Assembly: GCA_029261065.1 (NCBI GenBank)
Contig: JAJDCB010000006.1
Span: forward strand, 284-64,283
Reading direction: 5' to 3'
From: Candidatus Omnitrophota bacterium
GTDB lineage: Bacteria; Omnitrophota; Gorgyraeia; Zapsychrales; Zapsychraceae
DNA: 64,000 bases
Position 1 is the first letter of the stretch. Each line of letters opens with the position of its first letter. Positions 56,594-64,000 of the stretch are shown here, piece after piece. The notes under the pieces are model-generated. The model had not been told where the DNA came from. It did not search any database and was given only the letters and a program-made list of their open reading frames with translations. The position numbers and the translations under genes are program-made.

Positions 56594-57271
56594 TCAACGC
56601 CAAAGTTGCTTTATTTTTTTTTGATATTTAAGACGAAAAAACTCAAACTCCGGTGTGAGCTGATATACCCCACGAGAGGCACGTTCGAACCAACCTTGAT
56701 AATTTTTAATTAAAATATTTGAAGCTTTATCCACATCAAGATTTTGCCTTATATCTTGTGTTGATGACGCCCCATTCTCAAACAAATACATAGCGATACG
56801 AATCGCCTTCTCTTTATATGCCGTGAACAACAACTCTCTCGTACTACCACCTTGATTTAAATCAATGCTCCGCCCTTCAAATTCTTTTAATGCCAAATTT
56901 TTCTTTGCATAATTTTTGCGCGCCGTAAATGGTCCAGGTTTAAACTCTAAGACAACTTTCTTCTTGGTATGTTGATCTAATGTTATCAATCCACAATTCA
57001 AACGTTTAAGAAGGGCACACATCCTTTTATAAGTTTTAGGCCAACGCCCCCCTTTCCCTAAAGGAACAAAGGCATACACCTGATCTGTAATCTTAAGCCG
57101 TTCGATGAGTTGATATATTAACTGAAGATTAAAACTCGTCTTCATCTCCACAATCAAAACCTCATCCCCCTTTTGCGCCATCACATCAACACTCTCCACC
57201 TCAGAATGCACAGTATACCCCTTGGCTTTAAGAAACTTCTTAAGGGGTTTATACATCTCGACTTCTTTCAT
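56594..57271 (-). CDS. PD-(D/E)XK nuclease-fold protein with C-terminal helical/wH-like domain, unknown function
   Basis: The N-terminus KAKGYTVHSEVESVDVMAQKGDEVLIVEMK gives the D ... E-x-K spacing of Hjc/restriction-endonuclease-like cores. Confidence 0.4.
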   Translation of the reverse strand: MKEVEMYKPLKKFLKAKGYTVHSEVESVDVMAQKGDEVLIVEMKTSFNLQLIYQLIERLKITDQVYAFVPLGKGGRWPKTYKRMCALLKRLNCGLITLDQHTKKKVVLEFKPGPFTARKNYAKKNLALKEFEGRSIDLNQGGSTRELLFTAYKEKAIRIAMYLFENGASSTQDIRQNLDVDKASNILIKNYQGWFERASRGVYQLTPEFEFFRLKYQKKIKQLWR

Positions 57272-57345
57272 AGGCTAAACTTCTTCAGTAAAGGCTCATA
57301 GTACATAGTATATAGTTTACTGTATACTATACTAAACGGCTCTAT

Positions 57346-57627
57346 CTATTCATATTCACACAGATAAGCTGTATCTTGGGCTACTTTCAGCTTGAATTTC
57401 GAGTTACCAGGGATATCGAAAGAAGAACCTGCTCCAAAATCTTCCCATTCATCATATTCAGCAAAATAAACTGAGAACTCACCCGTTATAACCGTGATCG
57501 TCTCCTTCGTCTGCGTATCAAATTCATACTCCCCCGGCTCCATAACGCCGACCGTCTTCTTCCCTTCGCTAGAATTAACCGCAAAAGATTTAACCTTTCC
57601 ATCAAAATACTCATTAACTTCAATCAC
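57346..57627 (-). CDS. ppnP: pyrimidine/purine nucleoside phosphorylase PpnP (DUF1255/YaiE)
   Basis: MIEVNEYFDGKVKSFAVNSSEGKKTVGVMEPGEYEFDT ... YLCEY aligns along its full length with E. coli YaiE (MLQSNEYFSGKVKSIGF ... SYLCRY). Confidence 0.85.
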   Translation of the reverse strand: MIEVNEYFDGKVKSFAVNSSEGKKTVGVMEPGEYEFDTQTKETITVITGEFSVYFAEYDEWEDFGAGSSFDIPGNSKFKLKVAQDTAYLCEYE

Positions 57628-57642
57628 TTCTCTTCTCCTTTT

Positions 57643-57918
57643 TTATAATGACTTAACCATTTTTAATATTTTTACAACCTTACGACCCTCTGTTGTCAGT
57701 GTATAAAAAACTTTTAAAGGCTTTTCAGTTACCAGACGGCGCTGAATATATTCAAACCTTTCAAGCTTCTTTAATCGTTGATACAAAACTTTCTTTGTCA
57801 GACCTGAAATACTGCGCAACAACTCTCCTGGCTGCTTAATTCCGGCTGCAATTTGCATCAACACCGAACTACTCCATTTACAACGTAAAACATTTTCAAA
57901 TTGGCTTTGTTTCTCCAT
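57643..57918 (-). CDS. HxlR-family winged-helix transcriptional regulator
   Basis: CKWSSSVLMQIAAGIKQPGELLRSISGLTKKVLYQRLKKLERFEYIQRRLVTEKPLKVFYTLTTEG is the HxlR signature. Confidence 0.8.
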   Translation of the reverse strand: MEKQSQFENVLRCKWSSSVLMQIAAGIKQPGELLRSISGLTKKVLYQRLKKLERFEYIQRRLVTEKPLKVFYTLTTEGRKVVKILKMVKSL

Positions 57919-58015
57919 GGTAACCAGTTTCCTTTTTGTGCCTAATTGACGATAAGAAAATACATTTTATACTATCGTATACAAACAAATCAACAACAAC
58001 AAAAGGAGAAAAACA

Positions 58016-58246
58016 ATGAGCAAAGAAATTACTTTTTATGATGGTGGATGTGCCGACTGCCAAAATGTCGCTGCATATTTTAGCGCCAATGGGGTCGATT
58101 ATAAACGCGTTAACATCAAAGCCCATCCAGAATTGGCTAATGAAGCCAAAGAAAAAGGGGCAACAACGTTTCCAGCTGTATTTATCAATGATGATTTAGT
58201 TGAAGGCTGGAATGAACAAGGCTTACAAAACAAGCTTGGTTTATAA
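58016..58246 (+). CDS. glutaredoxin-like (NrdH/Grx family) small thiol-disulfide protein
   Basis: 76 aa with CxxC (CADC) near the N-terminus and a thioredoxin-fold pattern. Divergent from the HxlR regulator. Confidence 0.6.
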   Translation: MSKEITFYDGGCADCQNVAAYFSANGVDYKRVNIKAHPELANEAKEKGATTFPAVFINDDLVEGWNEQGLQNKLGL

Positions 58247-58324
58247 AAAGCTCGTTCCTTTAATTTCGGGACCACTTACCATGGCTATATGGTAGGTGGC
58301 CTGAAATTAAAATCTATCAGTTAT

Positions 58325-59869
58325 CTACCAATCAATCGGAAAATAATCTTTTAAGAATTTTCCGCACCAATGTTTCCCCGTATTGATGCCATCAAAAAAC
58401 GGATCGCACACACGTGCTGCGCCATCGACAATATCAAGCGGCGGTTGGAAGTCGTGGACTTCTTGTTTATGTTGGGAAAGATGTGCGGGATCTTCATCTG
58501 TGACCCAACCGGTGTCGACAGCATTCATATAGATGCCATCTTTGACTAAACTCCCCGCAGATGTATGTGTCAGCATATTAAGAGCGGCTTTAGCCATATT
58601 AGTATGAGGATGACGATCTATTTTTTTAAAACGATGAAACTTCCCCTCCATCGCACTAACATTGACCATGTGTTTTTTTCCGGTGAGATCACGCTTCATC
58701 ATAGGTTCTAATTTATTACATAATACAAAAGGGGCTATGGCATTGACTAGTTGCAACTCAAACATCTCGGATGTATCAATCTCGCCTAAACGCAGGCGCC
58801 AGCTGTTTGTTTTACGTAGATCGACTTGTTGTAAATCCACGTCGAGTTCTCCTTCTGGGAAAACTTCTGCTGATTTCAGAGAATGATCATAGGCGTAAGG
58901 AATTTGAGAAAGCGCGGCTGATTCACGTAACCCAACACCCGGCGTTTTCCCCATCCAATTGACCGTTAACATATCTTTCTTTTGCAAGCTAGTTGTTGAA
59001 GAAGAAACTAGTTCCCTTTTACATTCTTCATAATATTTAAGTAATTGTTGTGTATCGACGGACATTTCAGAGACAGGCAACTGTTCGTTGGCCATTAAAT
59101 GGGCATAAAATCCGGGAGGACGTCTGACGGTTTGGGCGGCATTGTTAATTAAAATATCGAGTCGGTCATAACGTTGAGCTATGTAATTGCAGAATATTTC
59201 TACACTGGGCGTGTGACGCAAATCAAGTCCGTAAACATGCAGATTATTTTTCCACTGCGCGAAATCTTCTTCACGCGCGTAACGCATAGCAGAATCTATA
59301 GGAAAACGTGTGGTGGCAATGACTGTTGCTCCGGCTCGCAACATCATTAATGTCGCTTGATAGCCTATCTTTAAACGCGATCCTGTAATTAAAGCTACCT
59401 GTCCGGACAAATCTGCTGTTTGAAAACGTTTCTTGTAATTAAATTCCGCGCAACTCTGACACATCGCATCATAAAAAAAATGAAGTTTGTTATATTCAGC
59501 TTTGCACACATAACAATTCCGCGCGTCCTTAAAATGGGAACCTTCAATCATGGCTCCAGCATCTAGCCCCAACAGGCGTTGGGGGGCTTCAAAGACCACC
59601 ACATCACGGGCCTGGCGAATCCCTGTTGTCCCACGGATGTTACGTTCTTGTTTGATGATTTTTTGACGACGAACTTTTCCGCATATAGAATCTCGTCTGC
59701 GAAGCTCATCGCGGGTTGGGCGAGATATGCGTCCTGCCGCTTTCATAAGCGAAATTCTTTCACCTTCGCTTAAATCCTCCCACAGGTGTGGTTGGTCCGC
59801 CAGGATGCTTAAAAAAGAGATACACTCTTTGAGTTTGTCTGAAATATTATGTTCTGGGCTTGATGTCAT
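58325..59869 (-). CDS. SDR-family oxidoreductase with a ~150-aa N-terminal extension containing a CxxC...CxxC zinc-ribbon-like motif
   Basis: [25 protein letters not shown] lies immediately before the Rossmann motif [31 protein letters not shown]. The catalytic region follows (NNAAQ). Confidence 0.55.
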   Translation of the reverse strand: MTSSPEHNISDKLKECISFLSILADQPHLWEDLSEGERISLMKAAGRISRPTRDELRRRDSICGKVRRQKIIKQERNIRGTTGIRQARDVVVFEAPQRLLGLDAGAMIEGSHFKDARNCYVCKAEYNKLHFFYDAMCQSCAEFNYKKRFQTADLSGQVALITGSRLKIGYQATLMMLRAGATVIATTRFPIDSAMRYAREEDFAQWKNNLHVYGLDLRHTPSVEIFCNYIAQRYDRLDILINNAAQTVRRPPGFYAHLMANEQLPVSEMSVDTQQLLKYYEECKRELVSSSTTSLQKKDMLTVNWMGKTPGVGLRESAALSQIPYAYDHSLKSAEVFPEGELDVDLQQVDLRKTNSWRLRLGEIDTSEMFELQLVNAIAPFVLCNKLEPMMKRDLTGKKHMVNVSAMEGKFHRFKKIDRHPHTNMAKAALNMLTHTSAGSLVKDGIYMNAVDTGWVTDEDPAHLSQHKQEVHDFQPPLDIVDGAARVCDPFFDGINTGKHWCGKFLKDYFPIDW

Positions 59870-59929
59870 GGCTCAACTCAATTGCCATTCTAAGAGAGAA
59901 CGAAGAGAAAAACAAACAAAAAGATTCTC

Positions 59930-61540
59930 TTAAAGTGCTGCAACACCCCCATACGCAATTCCCGTCAAATAAGCCATATCGCGGTTAAACGTTGTCAGGT
60001 TATCTGAATTGAATTGATTAAAATGGGTATAGCCGCAAGCGCGAGCCAAAACTTTCATTAAATCAACAGATGCACCAAAAAATCTAGCTAAACGTTGGGC
60101 TGATTCATCAACGATAAGACGTGATCGTAAATCTTTTTTCTGTGTGGCGATTCCAACAGGGCAATTGTTAGTGTGACAAGCACGCATCCCCAAACAACCA
60201 ATAGCTTGAAGAGCAGAATTGGAAAGAGCAACGGCATCCGCTCCTAATGCAAGCGCCTTGGCAAAGTCGGCAGGCAATCTTAACCCGCCGGTAATGATTA
60301 ACGACACTTCTTTATCCGTCTTATCCAAATGTTTTCTAGCTCGTGCTAAAGCGGGAATGGTTGGAACCGATATATTGTCACGAAAAATTAAAGGAGCGGC
60401 ACCTGTTCCACCACCGCGACCATCTAAGATGACGTAATCACATCCAACCTCTAACGCAGCATCAATATCTTTCTCTATATGTTGAGCCGATAACTTATAA
60501 CCAATAGGAATACCACCCGTCTCCTCTTTTATCATAGCCGCAAAATCTTTAATATATTTAATATCATCCCAATCAGGAAATCTTGGTGGAGAGATAGCCG
60601 CTTCGCCTTCTTTTAATCCACGCACCTGTGCAATCTTGCCCTTCACTTTATTACCAGGCAAATGGCCACCTGTTCCTGTCTTAGCCCCTTGCCCACCTTT
60701 AAAATGAAACGCTTGGCATTTTTTAACCTTATCAATAGAATAACCAAATCGGCCAGAGGCTAATTCGTAGAAGTAACGAGAATTTTCCGCTTGCTCCTCC
60801 GGTAACATCCCGCCTTCCCCACTACATATTCCGGTACCAGCTAATTCAGCTCCTTTAGCCAAAGCTGTCTTAGCCTCTTCAGACAAAGCACCAAAACTCA
60901 TATCGGATACAAACAAAGGAATCTTAAGTGTTAGAGGCTTCTTGGCTTTTGGTCCTATGACAGCATCGGTTCCCACATCAACATCATCGAGTTGTGGCAA
61001 TGTCGCTAATTGAGCTGTTATAAATTGAATATTTTCCCATTTAGGTAATTCTTGGCGGGGAACACCCATCGCTGAGGATTGTCCATGATGACCAACTTTG
61101 GAGAGTCCGTCTTTGGCTAATTGTTGAATGGATTGAAAGTAAGGTTCTTCAGGCGCGCCATGCAAATCTTTGTAAAGGCCTTGATAGTCATCACGATTAT
61201 ACGCTTGCGGATGATCTTTCTCCCACGCGATAATTTCATCTTCATCTACCAAAACGTAATCATTCTCTATCCAAGAATTAAATTTCGTTAATCGTTCTTT
61301 ATTGTTATACGAACTCACTCCCGTCTCAAATTTGAAATCCCATCCATGTACGCCACAAATAATATCATCGCCATGAACGGTTCCATCAGACATCAAAGCC
61401 CCACGATGCGCACAACGCCCATATAATACAGAGACTTTTTCATCATATTTAATAACAACAAGATCAACTTGTGCGACTAATGCATAACCTGGTGTTCGAT
61501 CTTTAAGTTCTGATAATTTAGCAATACTAACTTTTTTCAT
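59930..61540 (-). CDS. Rieske [2Fe-2S] domain fused to glutamate-synthase-related FMN-binding (GltS domain-2-like, TIM barrel) domain
   Basis: N-terminal Rieske motifs CAHRG ... CGVHGW. The C-terminal ~400 aa carry GGEGG, KxGQGAKTGTGGHLPG and GCDYVILDGRGGGTGAAP stretches characteristic of the GltS FMN/Fe-S-proximal domain. Confidence 0.6.
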   Translation of the reverse strand: MKKVSIAKLSELKDRTPGYALVAQVDLVVIKYDEKVSVLYGRCAHRGALMSDGTVHGDDIICGVHGWDFKFETGVSSYNNKERLTKFNSWIENDYVLVDEDEIIAWEKDHPQAYNRDDYQGLYKDLHGAPEEPYFQSIQQLAKDGLSKVGHHGQSSAMGVPRQELPKWENIQFITAQLATLPQLDDVDVGTDAVIGPKAKKPLTLKIPLFVSDMSFGALSEEAKTALAKGAELAGTGICSGEGGMLPEEQAENSRYFYELASGRFGYSIDKVKKCQAFHFKGGQGAKTGTGGHLPGNKVKGKIAQVRGLKEGEAAISPPRFPDWDDIKYIKDFAAMIKEETGGIPIGYKLSAQHIEKDIDAALEVGCDYVILDGRGGGTGAAPLIFRDNISVPTIPALARARKHLDKTDKEVSLIITGGLRLPADFAKALALGADAVALSNSALQAIGCLGMRACHTNNCPVGIATQKKDLRSRLIVDESAQRLARFFGASVDLMKVLARACGYTHFNQFNSDNLTTFNRDMAYLTGIAYGGVAAL

Positions 61541-61719
61541 AAATTCTCCAATCTATTTTATTTAATCTTAAGCAATGCGTTTTGTTATAAAATTCATTAT
61601 ATTATTGCCCTCCTAGAGAAGCAACACATACATGACGATTGCTACGGGATTAAGTCGTAGAGATATTATAAAGCTTACAATTTATTTTTGATAATTGTGT
61701 AGTGAATGTCTCAGGCTAA

Positions 61720-63951
61720 TTAAACAATTGCTTCAACTGATTTGGTGTCTATGGGATATGACTTTTGAGGCCTTAAAAGACGGGAGAATGCACGTAACTT
61801 TTTATATACCAAAATACGAATAGAATAAATGAAATCACGACTTTTTTTCTTAAGGATAAGTTGAGAAAATAAACAACTTCGTCTACTTGTAAACTGAACG
61901 CACCGTGTGTAAGCATTTCTACGATACGAATAACAGTAGCTAAATGCTTTTAGAAAAGACATCTTTGGAGCAAATTGAGAGACATACGTTTCAGCTTGAT
62001 CAACAACATGAGGATGATCACCTATGGCTATCGCTTCTTGCCGATGTGAATCGACCATGTACAACCTTAAAAGAGATAGTAACTTCGAATTGTAATCTTT
62101 CTCTTCAATCTCTTCAAACTTAACGTCATCAAAATTTAAATGTTTTACAAATTCTTTAATTCCCGCTCTAAAATCTTTTATACCCCAAGCTTTAAAAGCA
62201 GGATTACTTCTGCCTCCCTTAAACAAAGGTTTAATGGATCCGTTGCTTCCCTTATAAGAGTATGTCATGCTGTGATCAGCCGATGTAAATATTTCAAGAT
62301 GATCAAAAATATTATGCAGTATTAAGTCGTTAGCTTTCTTCCATTCTTTAGGTTTCAGAAGATACGCGTAATAACGATTGGATGGAGTATAGTTTGCCTC
62401 ATTTTCATCTGTTAACCCTAAATAAAACCCCTTAACAATCTTTTTACAACCCATCTCATATTCCAAAATTGTTTTTAAAGCATACTGTAAATTTCCTTGC
62501 CAACCTATGTCAACAATGGCCCATGAAATCTCATCACATAAACCTTCCTGAGAAAAATAGGCAAATGCTTTTTTACGCAATTGAGCAGATCTTTTTAAAA
62601 TTTCTTTTGAGACCACTTGTGTTTTAAACAAACATGCAACCTCTTCAATCTGCTGTTCTGATAAACGATCATCAACATCAGCTATGGTGTTAAACCTTTC
62701 TTTAAATTGAGTTAAAAGCCACTGGGGATTCAGACTCAATCTCCTGGCCACAATACGTAACGTCAAATACGGCAAGTTGTATAAAGCCCATCGGTTTAAA
62801 GATTTTTCATTAATTTCCGTTACAGCGGGTAGAAACCAAGCTTGACGCGAGACATAAAGGTATTTCAACTCTATCTCAATTCCCCGTTGTTCTTTGATGA
62901 TCTTAGCAATCTCAAATAATATTTGTCCGTCTCGAGCTAGAAAATACAACCTTTTGATTCGACTACGTTTGGCTTTAGTTAAAATCCACAACACATAACT
63001 ATATATAATCGGTCCTGCAACCTGAGCTCCTATATGATATAAAACTTCTTTAACCGGTTTATGATGCCCCATATTCAAACGAGCCAAACGAGATGCGCCT
63101 GCCATTCTTTGAAAAATTAGTTTTGATACTTTACGTTTTGATTCCCCTTTTAACCATAACTTCTCATAACGCTTAAAAAATGCTTGCGAAAGATACACGC
63201 CTTTGATGCGACATTTGCGCGACATAAGAACGTCCGAATAAAAATTATCTCCAATATGATAAATATCTTGAGCGCGACATTGTTCTTTCTCTAATACTAT
63301 TTCATAAAGCTTCCCTGTGCACTTAAAGACCCGATGTTCGCTTGATACGTATAGTCCATCTCCCTTTTGATATGCTCCGGCTTTAATCAAAAGTTCTTTA
63401 ATAAAGTCTTTGGACAGATACATATCAGAGACAAAAATAATACGCTGCTTTTTCTCCCTTAACTTTTTTATCAAATTCACTATGTAAGGATGAGGTTGAA
63501 TAGAGGCCTTCTCTGCTTGCAACTCCCATTGCATCAGTTTAGAGTTAAGTTTTTTAGACAAACGATACTTCTTTGACATCCAAGTATAGATTTCATCAAA
63601 TCGAATATCTTCATGCCCAGACTCACTTCGCGCTGCCGCCTCTGCATCCTGACGAATTTGTACAAAATGATTTTTGAATTTTGAAGAAAACGTTTCGTTA
63701 GACTTCTTTATACACTCTTGCACCTCCATAAAAATACTTTCAGGCAAACCTGATTGGCGCACGACAACAGTATCAAAGACATCAAAACTAACAAGTGAAC
63801 ACTCTCCTTTTAGGATCGCTTTCTCATGACGTCTTATCTGGTATTTGTATTTTAAGACTCCTCTGTAGCCCAATCGAAATTTATCCCAAATGGCCGAAAA
63901 AAACTGCCTAGGACGGCACAAAAGTCTAATAGCTGTTTTTATTTTTTTCAT
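61720..63951 (-). CDS. large (743 aa) protein with N-terminal HAD-like hydrolase motif, otherwise uncharacterised
   Basis: LVSFDVFDTVVVR resembles HAD motif I (hhhFDxxGTLh, with Asp replacing Gly). The remaining ~600 aa have no motif I can name. Confidence 0.3.
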   Translation of the reverse strand: MKKIKTAIRLLCRPRQFFSAIWDKFRLGYRGVLKYKYQIRRHEKAILKGECSLVSFDVFDTVVVRQSGLPESIFMEVQECIKKSNETFSSKFKNHFVQIRQDAEAAARSESGHEDIRFDEIYTWMSKKYRLSKKLNSKLMQWELQAEKASIQPHPYIVNLIKKLREKKQRIIFVSDMYLSKDFIKELLIKAGAYQKGDGLYVSSEHRVFKCTGKLYEIVLEKEQCRAQDIYHIGDNFYSDVLMSRKCRIKGVYLSQAFFKRYEKLWLKGESKRKVSKLIFQRMAGASRLARLNMGHHKPVKEVLYHIGAQVAGPIIYSYVLWILTKAKRSRIKRLYFLARDGQILFEIAKIIKEQRGIEIELKYLYVSRQAWFLPAVTEINEKSLNRWALYNLPYLTLRIVARRLSLNPQWLLTQFKERFNTIADVDDRLSEQQIEEVACLFKTQVVSKEILKRSAQLRKKAFAYFSQEGLCDEISWAIVDIGWQGNLQYALKTILEYEMGCKKIVKGFYLGLTDENEANYTPSNRYYAYLLKPKEWKKANDLILHNIFDHLEIFTSADHSMTYSYKGSNGSIKPLFKGGRSNPAFKAWGIKDFRAGIKEFVKHLNFDDVKFEEIEEKDYNSKLLSLLRLYMVDSHRQEAIAIGDHPHVVDQAETYVSQFAPKMSFLKAFSYCYSYRRNAYTRCVQFTSRRSCLFSQLILKKKSRDFIYSIRILVYKKLRAFSRLLRPQKSYPIDTKSVEAIV

Positions 63952-64000
63952 AGTTTTATCATTTTAAAAAATTGACCACTATTTTAATCTAAATGTAGAT

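Noticed and set aside
58268-58297. Imperfect hairpin CCACTTACCAT-GGCTAT-ATGGTAGGTGG between the convergent glutaredoxin and SDR genes
   Set aside because: It could be a bidirectional terminator, but it has one mismatch and no U-tract on either side, so it is too weak to call.
1-64000. Search for tRNA, rRNA, CRISPR arrays, transposases or integrases
   Set aside because: No tRNA T-loop consensus (GGTTCGAATCC) appears in any intergenic region. There are no regularly spaced direct repeats, no rRNA-like stretches, and no DDE or tyrosine-recombinase motifs in any ORF. The GemA-like gene alone does not define a prophage.

Overview
This 64 kb window is a low-GC (about 35% by eye), gene-dense stretch of a Gram-negative, proteobacteria-like chromosome. 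Most genes lie on the minus strand. I found no rRNA, tRNA, CRISPR array, transposase or integrase. The content is envelope- and signalling-heavy: a DASS anion symporter, two CPA-type cation/proton antiporters (one fused to CBS domains), a VIT1 iron transporter and an MMPL/RND exporter, plus five sensor histidine kinases (three of them hybrid) and six response regulators. There is a two-partner secretion pair (TpsA and TpsB) and a cluster of secreted proteins. Housekeeping genes that I recognise with high confidence are IF-1 (infA), a DEAD-box helicase, a Uup-like ABC-F ATPase, DksA/TraR, PpnP, an HxlR regulator with a glutaredoxin, an Ada-like AraC-MGMT fusion, a pirin, a fatty-acid desaturase and a NUDIX hydrolase. 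The loci that most deserve a second look are: (i) a 1238-aa fusion of a GT4 glycosyltransferase, an NPP-type phosphodiesterase and an EEP phosphoesterase, translationally coupled to a GH15-like glycosidase and a membrane protein; (ii) a same-strand MMPL exporter, 722-aa anchored secreted protein, histidine kinase and OmpR regulator cluster with a 15-bp perfect inverted repeat in the kinase leader; (iii) a TetR gene flanked by two palindromes that share an 11-nt half-site, next to a redox/detox operon; (iv) a Zn-ribbon-SDR, Rieske-GltS(FMN) fusion and giant HAD-like protein row; (v) a standalone PD-(D/E)XK nuclease-like protein; (vi) an orphan phage Mu GemA-like gene in an islet of small genes; (vii) a lysine-rich 25-aa micro-ORF with a consensus SD upstream of infA. 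All calls rest on motif reading of the supplied translations and the raw sequence. No database searches were run.
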